Source: a virus
Strand: one strand, 5' to 3'
Length of the DNA: 64,000 bases
Virus record (IMG/VR): IMGVR_UViG_3300037493_003174
Coordinates: 18,342 to 82,341 of that record
Positions 48,677-57,820 of the stretch are shown piece after piece; the first letter of the stretch is position 1, and each line of letters begins with the position of its first letter. Both the position numbers and the translations under genes were made by a program. Below the pieces are notes generated by a model. The model saw nothing but the letters and a program-made list of their open reading frames with translations, ran no database searches and was not told the origin of the DNA.

Positions 48677-49396
48677 TTAAATGTAAATTTTGTCCCAGTA
48701 AGTTTTTAACTCACCATCAATCATTTCAGAAACTACTATTTCTTCATTTCTTAAGTGCTCTGGTCTTGCACCACATGTAACCTCCTCATTAGTTTTAAAA
48801 TTAATGTAAGTTTTGTCACCTTTTCTATACATATAACCAATGGCATCTGCATTAGCACATATCAAGGACTTGATTTTACCTGTCAAATCAATATTTGCAG
48901 ATAATACCATATCACCTTTATCATTTACTTGAGCATCTTTAATATGACCAGATAAAATAATGTGGGGAGCTAAGGTATCAATAAAATCTAATACTTGAAA
49001 GAATGCTTGACGGATATACAAATAACCAGCACCATTAGGTAAAGTTATCACACTGTCTCCATCAAAGTTTTTACCCATTGAAGTTGCACGGTAAAGTTTA
49101 ATAGCAAGTGGCATAACCATTTCTTCTAATGCAGTCACTGTATCTATAGTAACATACTTATATGGTCTACCTTCATCTCTAATAGCTTTACCAGCCTCTT
49201 GTAATTCTTTAAGACTGTTTACTTTAATTTTAAGAGCATCAACATAGTCTGAACCATTCTCAAGATCTATTATCAAATTATTCTCAAGACCAGCAAAAGC
49301 TGTTGTCTTACCAGTTTTTGGTTTTGAATAAATGATTAATCTCTTGGGGTTAACTCTGTCTGCTTTAACTTTTTTAGTTGGCAATACTATACTCAT
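48677..49396 (-). CDS. Sak4-like / AAA_24 ATPase
   Basis: YSKPKTGKTT, IIDLENG, VTIDTVT, ADAIGY. Confidence 0.8.
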   Translation of the reverse strand: MSIVLPTKKVKADRVNPKRLIIYSKPKTGKTTAFAGLENNLIIDLENGSDYVDALKIKVNSLKELQEAGKAIRDEGRPYKYVTIDTVTALEEMVMPLAIKLYRATSMGKNFDGDSVITLPNGAGYLYIRQAFFQVLDFIDTLAPHIILSGHIKDAQVNDKGDMVLSANIDLTGKIKSLICANADAIGYMYRKGDKTYINFKTNEEVTCGARPEHLRNEEIVVSEMIDGELKTYWDKIYI

Positions 49397-50061
49397 ATCA
49401 ATTTTATTTTAGATAATGCTACTGCTAATTTATCAAAGTCAGTAGAAATTCTTCTACATATTTCCATAATTGAGTCATCTTTACTAGATGTTTCAACTAT
49501 AGGTTTGCTCTCTAGATCAAATGATGGCACCTCATCTTCTTTTTTAGGATACTGTTCCTCAAAATCTGGGAAAAGACTTGGAGTTAGAGTTTTCTGAAGT
49601 CTTGGTAAACCTTCTTCTGCTTCAGGTTCTGCACTCTTTCTTTTCTCATAAAGAGCATGTGTAATCTCAGTTCCATCTTTTAGAACAGCTAGCAACTCAT
49701 TTACCGGAACAGTATAAGTAAAATAGGGCTCACCTTGAGAGTTTGTACTCTCTTTTTTCTCATACTCTTCAGCAAAATACTTGTTGAGCTTATACTTAAA
49801 TAACTGTCTATCAGCATTCATTGGTTTAATATCAACAACTTTGTTGTTCATGTCATTTACATTATCATAGAACTCTACATAGATGTCCTGATCTTTTTCA
49901 AGCTCCCACTGAAAAAACTGCACTTGTCTTCCATACTTACCTTTCTGGAAAAATGCTGTCTTAATAGTAAAGAAAGGATCAGGTAATCCCAGTTTTCTAA
50001 ATGTCTCAATGTGATCCACAAAGAATTCATTTTCTTTTTCTTTTCTAATACTCATTTGCAT
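49393..50061 (-). CDS. Hypothetical protein
   Basis: 222 aa in the replication block. Confidence 0.65.
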   Translation of the reverse strand: MQMSIRKEKENEFFVDHIETFRKLGLPDPFFTIKTAFFQKGKYGRQVQFFQWELEKDQDIYVEFYDNVNDMNNKVVDIKPMNADRQLFKYKLNKYFAEEYEKKESTNSQGEPYFTYTVPVNELLAVLKDGTEITHALYEKRKSAEPEAEEGLPRLQKTLTPSLFPDFEEQYPKKEDEVPSFDLESKPIVETSSKDDSIMEICRRISTDFDKLAVALSKIKLI

Positions 50062-50065
50062 TGTT

Positions 50066-51067
50066 TTAATTTAGTCCTAATTTTTTTGTTGCTTGTCCTG
50101 GAGGCTCAATCTCTATAATACGCATTATAGTTCTGTCTAGTTTAAAGAAAGCAATTCTAGTAAGGCCGTTTCTAGATTTAAGAAAGTGAAATACCAATGT
50201 GTCAGGATCACTAATCAAATATCTTTCAGGTCCATATTGCTTTAATCTACGTACAGAAGGTTTATTAATACCTAGAACTACATCTGCATGTTGCAGTAAT
50301 GAGTCACTTCCATAGATATCAGAATCTAACACATAATTGCCGTAACTACCTTCTTCTTGTCTCTTTATATCATCAATGTTTCTATTTAGTTGGCTCAATA
50401 CAACAAAGGCAACTGGATATTTCTTTTTCATCATTGTGAGTGCTTCTCCCAATGCTCCAAGCATATCAAATTTATCTTTCTGTCCTTTACCTACTCTAAA
50501 TAGAGCAGAGTGATCTATTGCAACAAGTACATTAGGAAAGGTGCCATCTTCATTCTTGTGTTTTTTAACATAATAGTCAATGGTGGCACACATTTCATCT
50601 ACTGTGCAGGCATCATATACCACATCAATGAAGTCATTCTCTTTAGATTTGTTATAGAACTCTACACATTTCCAATAAACTGCTTCATCAACAGGTTCTC
50701 CCTTACTCATTAGTGTATTGTAATCAGATCCTACATTCATACTCAGCTTCCTGACACCATTTGTCTCATCAAGCATCTCCATCTGGAACTTCAAGACTCT
50801 AAAATCTTGATCTGTATTGTTCTCAATTATGTCTGAGATCAATTGCTCCATAAATAGAGTCTTCCCGGTCCCGGGCCTAGCACCTACTACAGTGATAGTT
50901 CTCCACTCCAATCCATCACAGAAGGCATCATTAAATTTTGGCCATGCACTTTTAAGAGATTTAAGCTCACCTTTTCTTCTTGCTCTGATTTTCTGAATTG
51001 CTTTTTCTAAAGCATCTCTCTCACTTACTGGTAATAAAGGCTGTGCACCATTGAATAATTCTGCCAT
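50066..51067 (-). CDS. dnaB: DnaB-like replicative helicase (C-terminal domain only)
   Basis: GARPGTGKT, FQMEM, IDH, LSQLNR, ADVV, KSRNG. Confidence 0.88.
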   Translation of the reverse strand: MAELFNGAQPLLPVSERDALEKAIQKIRARRKGELKSLKSAWPKFNDAFCDGLEWRTITVVGARPGTGKTLFMEQLISDIIENNTDQDFRVLKFQMEMLDETNGVRKLSMNVGSDYNTLMSKGEPVDEAVYWKCVEFYNKSKENDFIDVVYDACTVDEMCATIDYYVKKHKNEDGTFPNVLVAIDHSALFRVGKGQKDKFDMLGALGEALTMMKKKYPVAFVVLSQLNRNIDDIKRQEEGSYGNYVLDSDIYGSDSLLQHADVVLGINKPSVRRLKQYGPERYLISDPDTLVFHFLKSRNGLTRIAFFKLDRTIMRIIEIEPPGQATKKLGLN

Positions 51068-51071
51068 ACTA

Positions 51072-51251
51072 TTAATTTGGATTAGTTAATACATCTTTTT
51101 TTGCTTTGTTATAAAGCCAATGGAATCCTGATATGATACCCTCAATAAATAAATATTGAATAATGGTTATCTTCAAAATAAATAAGTCCACAATGGCAAA
51201 CCCACATAAACTTCCCAGTATGGCAATTATAATGAGCATAAATTTTTTCAT
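51072..51251 (-). CDS. Small membrane protein (59 aa)
   Basis: MKKFMLIIIAILGSLCGFAIVDLFIL...; fills the gap with ATGA coupling. Confidence 0.55.
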   Translation of the reverse strand: MKKFMLIIIAILGSLCGFAIVDLFILKITIIQYLFIEGIISGFHWLYNKAKKDVLTNPN

Positions 51252-51844
51252 ACAACTAATTCTTTAAATGCGTCATAGTTATCATCATCATAACCTGACT
51301 GTTTTAGGTCACAGTATGTTGCCAAATCAGAATCAAAAGATTTATCCATATTCTGCTTTCTAACAAAATACTGGGCAGTTCTCATGAATTCATAATTCTT
51401 TAAACTGTACTCATCAACATATCTTTCTGTGGCTGAAATAATAGTTTCCCAATCATAGTCATAAGTTTCAAAAAACCATCTAAATGTACTCTCAAGATTC
51501 TTAGGATTAACCCGTGCATATTTTCCAGAAGATAACTTTTTATTAGGAAATATGTTAACATATTCCAGTATCTTTTGTGAAAACTCATCACCCATTAAAT
51601 CTCTTGAAGTTTTTTTCTTACTTTTTCTAAAGAAACTATTAATTTCTTCTATAAAGATATGACTTTTTGCTGTTAATTGCAAATCATCATTAATCCAATT
51701 GTCCTTTTGCAGTCTTCTGCTTTCTAATGCAGCATTGACAAATTGATTAGGTACAATCTTCTCTTTTATACAATGTAAAACATAGTATGTGTTTGGGGAA
51801 AGGTCTTCTTTTATCAACCTATTAAATATTTCTTCCATCACCAC
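51248..51844 (-). CDS. Hypothetical protein, possible replication initiator/helicase loader
   Basis: 198 aa, upstream of DnaB; function inferred from position only. Confidence 0.45.
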   Translation of the reverse strand: MVMEEIFNRLIKEDLSPNTYYVLHCIKEKIVPNQFVNAALESRRLQKDNWINDDLQLTAKSHIFIEEINSFFRKSKKKTSRDLMGDEFSQKILEYVNIFPNKKLSSGKYARVNPKNLESTFRWFFETYDYDWETIISATERYVDEYSLKNYEFMRTAQYFVRKQNMDKSFDSDLATYCDLKQSGYDDDNYDAFKELVV

Positions 51845-52551
51845 TTAATTGAATAATTCCATTGTTTTTTTGCTAATTCACTAACTTCAACAAATACATT
51901 TTTGGAGTCCCATCTTTCTTCTTTATTATAAGCTGCGCTAGCAGGATGACTCACATAAAACTTGTAATTATTATCATTAACACAATCAGCCCATTCTTGA
52001 GCTTGTTTACCCATGTAAACATAAATAAGCCCATTATTATTCCATGTCAGATGATCAAATAAATAAGCAATGAAAGGTTTCCATAATGCATAATGCTGTG
52101 CAGTCTTACCTATAGTAGTTGTGAGTGCTGTATTGAGCATTAAAATACCTTGATTTGACCATCTAGTTAAATCTACATCTAAACTACCAGGATGTCCATT
52201 ATAGACAGTTCTATTTATTTCATTTAAGATAAACTTTAAACTAGGTTGTAGTTCACCTGAATTACTACAACTAAATGCAACTCCATCAGCAATTCCAAAT
52301 TGAGGATAAGGATCTTGTCCAACCATTACAACTTTAAGATCACTATACGGACATTCTTCAAATGCTCTAAACATTTGTTTTAGGGTTGGAGTAAATCTTT
52401 TGCCATCTAATGACATTCTAGCAAGTTGACTTATTATATTATCAAAGTCACCACTAAATATAAAAGGTTTAAGAACTCTGCCCCAACCACTAGGTTCTAA
52501 TCTTTCAAACAATTTTTGTTTAATATCTTCTATGTTTATTTTATTACTCAT
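51838..52551 (-). CDS. ung: Uracil-DNA glycosylase family 1
   Basis: VVMVGQDPYP, GVAFS, PSL, WSNQGILMLNTALT, SHPAS. Confidence 0.93.
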   Translation of the reverse strand: MSNKINIEDIKQKLFERLEPSGWGRVLKPFIFSGDFDNIISQLARMSLDGKRFTPTLKQMFRAFEECPYSDLKVVMVGQDPYPQFGIADGVAFSCSNSGELQPSLKFILNEINRTVYNGHPGSLDVDLTRWSNQGILMLNTALTTTIGKTAQHYALWKPFIAYLFDHLTWNNNGLIYVYMGKQAQEWADCVNDNNYKFYVSHPASAAYNKEERWDSKNVFVEVSELAKKQWNYSIKW

Positions 52552-52566
52552 AATTTGGTATATTTG
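52551..52566 (+). promoter_or_regulatory. Promoter motif TAATTTGGTATATT(TG)
   Basis: Variant of the late motif with the same spacing to the ATG; also contains TAnnTTTG. Confidence 0.55.
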
Positions 52567-52580
52567 TTAAAAATTTTAAT

Positions 52581-52892
52581 ATGGCAATCAAAGTTAAAGA
52601 AATGAAAGATGATGCTGTTATTGATGTAAGAGTCAATAAGACTTATTATCTAATGGTAAAAGCTGTTTCATTTTATCTTTTTACTCAAATTAAAGTAGAT
52701 GACAAAGAAGCTTATCTTAAAAAAATGGCAACTGATGAATACTCTGATCTTGATGACTTACAGAAATCTTTTTATACAATTACTTTGTTATTAGCTGAGA
52801 TTGAAAAAATAGTTAATGACCAGAAACTGTATGATGAAAGAGAAGTACTGCAACCAGGAGATGAGGGCTATGTAGCTCCTACCCTAGATTAA
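52581..52892 (+). CDS. Hypothetical protein (lone plus-strand gene)
   Basis: 103 aa in an otherwise empty gap, with its own promoter motif. Confidence 0.7.
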   Translation: MAIKVKEMKDDAVIDVRVNKTYYLMVKAVSFYLFTQIKVDDKEAYLKKMATDEYSDLDDLQKSFYTITLLLAEIEKIVNDQKLYDEREVLQPGDEGYVAPTLD

Positions 52893-53253
52893 CATTGAGT
52901 TCTCTTCCAATTGCAATACAAGCTTCAATAGCTAACATCAACTCATCTTTGCTGCAATCTGCAAAAGACTTACATTCCAACAGACCGTCTGTTTCATAAC
53001 AGAGGCCAGATTGTTTTTTAATAAGGAGTTTCATTTCTTCAAAAGTATAACCTGATTCTTTTGCTAGTTCTCTAATACAAGCATGAACTTTTGCAAGTTG
53101 TGCTTTACTGTGATCTGTATTAGCAAGATCAATATACATTTCTACTTTTTGACCTTCTGGAATTTTATCCAAAAAGATCTGGTATGCTAACTTACTTTTT
53201 TCATCTTCATAAGTTAACTTACCATCTTTTTTTACTAGTTTTCCTGTAAACAT
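52879..53253 (-). CDS. NinB/Orf-like protein
   Basis: SKAQLAKVHACIRELAKESGYTFEEMK...KSFADCSKDEL. Confidence 0.55.
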   Translation of the reverse strand: MFTGKLVKKDGKLTYEDEKSKLAYQIFLDKIPEGQKVEMYIDLANTDHSKAQLAKVHACIRELAKESGYTFEEMKLLIKKQSGLCYETDGLLECKSFADCSKDELMLAIEACIAIGRELNVNLG

Positions 53254-53256
53254 TCT

Positions 53257-53508
53257 TTAACAGATTATATTATTCAATACATTAACAAACTCTAGATAGT
53301 GTTGTATTGTTACAATATTAACTGCTGGAATGTCCCAGCATTTAAGCTCCCAATAATTTTCTTTGGCATCAATACTGTCTATGCTATGTAATACTACATT
53401 TTCACAAAGTTCTTTTTGATAGTAGTAGTAATCATAACCATTTTGACTATCTACATTATATACATCAATTTTTTCAAAACCTAAATCAATAAGATCTTCT
53501 TCTGTCAT
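53257..53508 (-). CDS. Hypothetical protein
   Basis: 83 aa, MTEEDLIDLGFEK start. Confidence 0.6.
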   Translation of the reverse strand: MTEEDLIDLGFEKIDVYNVDSQNGYDYYYYQKELCENVVLHSIDSIDAKENYWELKCWDIPAVNIVTIQHYLEFVNVLNNIIC

Positions 53509-53512
53509 TTTA

Positions 53513-53914
53513 CTATTTTTTTACAATTTTCATAAATAAGTCATGACTAAGAACTGTAGAAGAATAATCTTTCTTTATCTCATCATAAGCGGGTGCATTT
53601 ATATTAGCACCAAACTTCTTCATTCTTTCATTTTTTAGATGCTTTATTGCTAAATATGCAATATAAAAATCATCATCATCTGTAGATTCAAGAAGTTTAT
53701 ATAGTCTTTCTTTTTCTTCATTATCAAGCAATCCTAATGTTTTATTAAGATTAACTTCTGCAAAAAAGATAAAGGGTTTGTACTCACCAGCTTTGGTACC
53801 TTGACTATAAAGATACCATAAATAATTTATATTACTATCTGATGTTTTACTGAGTTCATGATGATCATTACAGATTTCTAAGATTATTTTTTTTAGTTCA
53901 GCTGTATTTTTCAT
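53513..53914 (-). CDS. Hypothetical protein (LLxSxD motif)
   Basis: 133 aa. Confidence 0.6.
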   Translation of the reverse strand: MKNTAELKKIILEICNDHHELSKTSDSNINYLWYLYSQGTKAGEYKPFIFFAEVNLNKTLGLLDNEEKERLYKLLESTDDDDFYIAYLAIKHLKNERMKKFGANINAPAYDEIKKDYSSTVLSHDLFMKIVKK

Positions 53915-53995
53915 TTTATGATTTAATTATTGGTACACAATCTTCTGGACCGGTACAACTACCATCACATACACAGATATAAGCATCTCTTTTAT

Positions 53996-54172
53996 TCATT
54001 TCACTTTGATTTTAGGAATAAAGTTAATATAACTCTGTGCTTTTCTTTTACAATTCCATGTAGAAACTAATGCAGGATTATTTTTACTTCTAATATACTT
54101 CCATCTTGTATACCATGCTTTCTTGTACATCACCATGTACATACCTTTCTCTTCAACTACTTTATACGTCAT
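53996..54172 (-). CDS. Small basic hypothetical protein (58 aa)
   Basis: MTYKVVEEKGMY...; fills the gap; ATGA-coupled to a 27-aa Cys-rich ORF at 53916-53999. Confidence 0.45.
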   Translation of the reverse strand: MTYKVVEEKGMYMVMYKKAWYTRWKYIRSKNNPALVSTWNCKRKAQSYINFIPKIKVK

Positions 54173-54185
54173 AATCTTTAATTTA

Positions 54186-54416
54186 TTACCAAGATGTGGT
54201 ATTAGTTATACAATAATCATTTCCAGGATGGGCATTCATCCAATCACCTTCTGAAAGGTAAAAAGTTTTATTATTACCTGAGCAATCATTTTTAATTACT
54301 ACTGAATAGTCAGTAATATTATCACTTTGTATAACTCCACAATTACATGGTGTTACTTCTTTCTCGCATGACATTGCTAATAAAGCAACTGCTATAATCA
54401 TTATTACTTTTTTCAT
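54186..54416 (-). CDS. Putative lipoprotein
   Basis: MKKVIMIIAVALLAMS-C lipobox; several further Cys. Confidence 0.7.
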   Translation of the reverse strand: MKKVIMIIAVALLAMSCEKEVTPCNCGVIQSDNITDYSVVIKNDCSGNNKTFYLSEGDWMNAHPGNDYCITNTTSW

Positions 54417-54417
54417 C

Positions 54418-54780
54418 TTATTTCTTTTTAAATTGTTCAAACCACATAAATATTTCAGAATCTGGTCTAACATCAGAATTATCATCATACCATTGAATAA
54501 TGCTAATTAACTTATCTACCTCTTCTTCACTATAACTATTTTCTTGTTGCCATTTAGCACCTTCTATAAAAGCATCTTCATTGTAAGGTTGTTTAACCCA
54601 ATATCTTTCAGCAGCTTCTTCAAGTGTTTCTTGTTTAGTAAAGTATTTTCTATCTAATACTACTTTAAAAGTTTCACCATTAATACCTGGTAAGTCTTGT
54701 TTAGGTTCTTCTTTTTTCTTATTCTTTTTTACTAAGGCATCCCATTCTTCAGGTGTACCATTAAATTGTATATCTCCCAT
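54418..54780 (-). CDS. Hypothetical protein
   Basis: TLEEAAE...FIEGAKWQQE...YSEEEV pattern that I recall from Flavobacteria phage small genes. Confidence 0.6.
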   Translation of the reverse strand: MGDIQFNGTPEEWDALVKKNKKKEEPKQDLPGINGETFKVVLDRKYFTKQETLEEAAERYWVKQPYNEDAFIEGAKWQQENSYSEEEVDKLISIIQWYDDNSDVRPDSEIFMWFEQFKKK

Positions 54781-54811
54781 AACTATTTTTTTACAATTTC
54801 AATTAACTTTC

Positions 54812-54991
54812 TCATTTTTCTTCATAATTTTCATCATACTTTTTATTGTCCCAAAAATAATCACACTTACCATCTTCATCAGGCTTAAAATAATTATATG
54901 CTTGTAGATCTTTAGAAGGAATAGCTGTGAATCTGTAACACTCTTTTCTTAGAGAACACTCTTGGTTCCCACACATTTCAATATCTGGCAT
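54812..54991 (-). CDS. Small Cys-rich phage protein
   Basis: MPDIEMC...C...CYRFTA...CDYFW; start revised to 54991. Confidence 0.6.
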   Translation of the reverse strand: MPDIEMCGNQECSLRKECYRFTAIPSKDLQAYNYFKPDEDGKCDYFWDNKKYDENYEEK

Positions 54992-54992
54992 A

Positions 54993-55133
54993 CTATTCTG
55001 ATTTATTTTTCCATTCTTTCCATGTATCAAAATCTTTGAGTTTTTCAAGGTCTCTTTTCCATTGAGCTTTAAAACTCATTGATATAACCCACATAAAAAA
55101 AGTTCCTGTAAATAATCCTAATCCAAAGTCCAT
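54993..55133 (-). CDS. Small membrane protein (46 aa)
   Basis: MDFGLGLFTGTFFMWVISM...KSE. Confidence 0.5.
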   Translation of the reverse strand: MDFGLGLFTGTFFMWVISMSFKAQWKRDLEKLKDFDTWKEWKNKSE

Positions 55134-55134
55134 A

Positions 55135-55395
55135 CTACTTAATATTTTCTAATGGGTAAGCATTTAAAATTGAATCTTTTTCCACATACGGATAAGAATG
55201 ATGATTATCTAATGTTTCAAAAGTAGCATGAGATTCTTCACTTGCTTCTTTCAATGCTGCTTCTACATGAAGCTTAGCAAATTCAATCATTGCAGTCTCT
55301 ATACTACCTAAACAAATTGAATCAGTGTCTAAGTGTAAATGATAATAATCTGTTTCAATTAGTTCTTTTGCTGTTGGTATTATTTTAGTTTCCAT
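55135..55395 (-). CDS. Hypothetical protein
   Basis: AMIEFAKLHVEAALKEASE...SILNAYPLENIK. Confidence 0.6.
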   Translation of the reverse strand: METKIIPTAKELIETDYYHLHLDTDSICLGSIETAMIEFAKLHVEAALKEASEESHATFETLDNHHSYPYVEKDSILNAYPLENIK

Positions 55396-55413
55396 ACTAC
55401 TTACGTTTTAAAA

Positions 55414-55677
55414 TTAATTGTAATAAAAATATTGTTCTATTGATTCACCCCAATGCATGGCGTTTGCATATAATTCACATTCATTACCATAAGAGTTAAT
55501 ATATTTAACCTTTAAAAATGATGAAACTTCTTTAAACACAATTTCATTTTTTACACCCCACACTACTTCACCTTCAATTCCTTCATTACCTCTTAAGGAT
55601 CCAACTAACCTATTATTAAATCTTACCTTAGAACCAACGGGAACATTTAAATATTTATCTTTAACAACTTCTTCCAT
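55414..55677 (-). CDS. Hypothetical protein
   Basis: 87 aa between repeats. Confidence 0.55.
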   Translation of the reverse strand: MEEVVKDKYLNVPVGSKVRFNNRLVGSLRGNEGIEGEVVWGVKNEIVFKEVSSFLKVKYINSYGNECELYANAMHWGESIEQYFYYN

Positions 55678-55682
55678 ACTAT

Positions 55683-55808
55683 TTACGTTTTAATTACTTT
55701 ACAATATCTACATTTTTCTCTTAAACTATTTGGGTCAAATGCAATCCAATAGTGAGTGTGATTACTATACCAAAAATTAAATAACCAATCTGCTATTCTT
55801 TTTTTCAT
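55683..55808 (-). CDS. Small hypothetical protein (41 aa)
   Basis: Starts and ends in family B repeats; HxHxW...CxxC. Confidence 0.45.
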   Translation of the reverse strand: MKKRIADWLFNFWYSNHTHYWIAFDPNSLREKCRYCKVIKT

Positions 55809-55945
55809 ACTACTTACGTTTTAAAGTTTACTGCTAAGTCCACCAAATAATATTAGTAGTCCTATTCCTATTATTATTATTATAATAAATGTTACCATCT
55901 TATTCTGATTTAAGTTTTAATAGAACTGCTTTATCTAAAGTTTTA

Positions 55946-56395
55946 TCAATTTTCATCTTTAATATATAATTTAACTAATCTATAATTTAATTCGGATGTA
56001 TGACCATTATCAGCAAACTCATTTGGAACAGATGTATAATACGATTTAGGATATACATTTGAATTCATCCAATCTTTATAATTTTCAAATACTTCTTTCT
56101 CTACTTTTATGGAGCTATTAATTGTTAATAAATGTATTATTGTAGAATGGTCTTTACATAAAACTCTTCCAATTTCTGAATAAGAAAGATTATTTTCAAA
56201 GAATAATTTTGTAGCAAATATTTTTCTCATTTCAACGATATAACTATTTCTACTCCATCTTACTAGCTTAAAGTATTCATGTATTTCTTTTAATTTTTCT
56301 AAAACTAATATCTCCTCTCTAAGAATTTCTATTCTTTCATCATATGATTTATTTAAATATTTTTTTCTTACACCCGTTTTTACATTCTTTTTCAT
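55946..56395 (-). CDS. DnaA C-terminal-like HTH protein
   Basis: R...IVEMR...LSYSEIGRVLCKDHSTIIH. Confidence 0.7.
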   Translation of the reverse strand: MKKNVKTGVRKKYLNKSYDERIEILREEILVLEKLKEIHEYFKLVRWSRNSYIVEMRKIFATKLFFENNLSYSEIGRVLCKDHSTIIHLLTINSSIKVEKEVFENYKDWMNSNVYPKSYYTSVPNEFADNGHTSELNYRLVKLYIKDEN

Positions 56396-56459
56396 AATAT
56401 CAACTTATAGGTTTATTTTTCTTGTTTTTGGTCTTGTTATATGTGTTATATCTTTCATC

Positions 56460-56840
56460 TTATTCTGATTTAAAGGTTATAAAAAGTCTCCAGAATATCC
56501 AGAAAAAAGAATACATCAACAAACCTATTATATTGAACATGATATCTTCAGAATCAAAATTACCATGAATTCTCTTTTTAACAAATAGATTTGACAATGA
56601 TTGTGCAGACTCAATAAATACACCACCAAGAAATAATACCCATGCAACAAGTACATGGTAGAAAACATTCTTCTTTACAAGCAAATAGTTTAATACTAAT
56701 GCAGCAAAGAAATAAAAGCATAGATGTAGTTCTTTATCATATGCACTAAAGACTCTAGGTAACTTTACCATAAAGCCTATTAAAGATACAGTAGCTAATA
56801 CAGTTACTATACCTATTTTATGTAATGTTTTTTCATTCAT
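56460..56840 (-). CDS. VanZ-like membrane protein
   Basis: DKELH...IESAQ...DIMFNIIG; multiple hydrophobic segments. Confidence 0.7.
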   Translation of the reverse strand: MNEKTLHKIGIVTVLATVSLIGFMVKLPRVFSAYDKELHLCFYFFAALVLNYLLVKKNVFYHVLVAWVLFLGGVFIESAQSLSNLFVKKRIHGNFDSEDIMFNIIGLLMYSFFWIFWRLFITFKSE

Positions 56841-56844
56841 AAGT

Positions 56845-57039
56845 TTAAGATTTTTTTCTTTGCTCTAGGTAATCAATAATGAATCCTATTGCAACAATTA
56901 TGTTCATACCTAATGAAGCTAATATCTCATAGATATCCTCATATATATTGCTCATTAGATGAATATGGCCTACCATCCAAAAGGGTATGGACAAGTTCTG
57001 GCTTATCCATACCACCAAATATTTAATAAAATGTTTCAT
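56845..57039 (-). CDS. Small membrane protein
   Basis: 64 aa, two hydrophobic segments. Confidence 0.55.
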   Translation of the reverse strand: MKHFIKYLVVWISQNLSIPFWMVGHIHLMSNIYEDIYEILASLGMNIIVAIGFIIDYLEQRKKS

Positions 57040-57122
57040 ATACTAGGTATTTAATTATACCCAATATACCAATGAATGCTAATAAATAAATAGTTATCCA
57101 ATATGCATTTACTAGTTTTTGT

Positions 57123-57398
57123 CTAGTTTTCTTTTTCATTATTTTTTACTTTTTTTTCATGAGTCTTTCCATATCTAGCTGAGAACTTTTTTTCAATTTT
57201 TTTTAATTTTATAGCCTCACTTGGATTTTCTAATTCATAATTGACTGCTCTAATTTTCTCTTGTTCTTTATCATACTCTTGCCATTCAAAAGCTTCTAGA
57301 TCTTTCATTCTTTGCAAGTCAGCTATAGTAGCTTCCTCTGGTATATTACCATCATTTGCATGTATCATTTCCATGTAAAATTCTTTCATTCTTCCCAT
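57123..57398 (-). CDS. Hypothetical protein
   Basis: 91 aa. Confidence 0.55.
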   Translation of the reverse strand: MGRMKEFYMEMIHANDGNIPEEATIADLQRMKDLEAFEWQEYDKEQEKIRAVNYELENPSEAIKLKKIEKKFSARYGKTHEKKVKNNEKEN

Positions 57399-57820
57399 AA
57401 CTTTATACTTTTTTCTAAAAGAAACTTAATAGTTATTCTAATATCATCATGGCCCAGTATAGATCCTGCTGTTTTTAGTTTATTAAAAAACTTTTGATCT
57501 ACATCAAGTTCAATTCTTTTCATTCTATGTGGTCTTGATGAATCAATTACATTAAAATCAAATGGAAACATCTGGGCATATACATAAACATTTTGGATGT
57601 AAGATTTGTCTTTACAAAACTGCAACACTAGTTTCTTGTTATAATTAACTTTATCTCTCTTGATACCAGTAACTTTTGCTATTGCATGTTCTGTCATCAT
57701 AAACCTAAAGGCAAGTAAGCCCATTAAATAACTTCTTTGATCAACTAGAACTCTTTGTCTAGAGTTCATTGGAATCTTAGAAAGAGCAGTGATCACATCA
57801 TCTTTGGTGTAATCCTCCAT
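57386..57820 (-). CDS. Putative HTH protein (DnaA_C-like)
   Basis: SRQRVLVDQR...TEHAIAKVTGIKRDKVNY. Confidence 0.5.
   Translation of the reverse strand: MEDYTKDDVITALSKIPMNSRQRVLVDQRSYLMGLLAFRFMMTEHAIAKVTGIKRDKVNYNKKLVLQFCKDKSYIQNVYVYAQMFPFDFNVIDSSRPHRMKRIELDVDQKFFNKLKTAGSILGHDDIRITIKFLLEKSIKLWEE

Larger units (their letters stand above)
55131..55826 (-). repeat. Gene-junction repeat family B (TTAAAACGTAAGTAGTATG)
   Basis: 55393-55412, 55675-55693, 55806-55825 and a partial copy at 55131-55140. Confidence 0.75.
54989..56473 (-). repeat. Gene-junction repeat family C (TAAATCAGAATA.-ATG)
   Basis: Identical 18-mers at 55896-55913 and 56456-56473; variant at about 54989-55005. Confidence 0.7.

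Noticed and set aside
55131-56473. CRISPR array
   Set aside because: Repeats are about 18-20 bp and separated by 130-560 bp of coding sequence; there is no cas operon.
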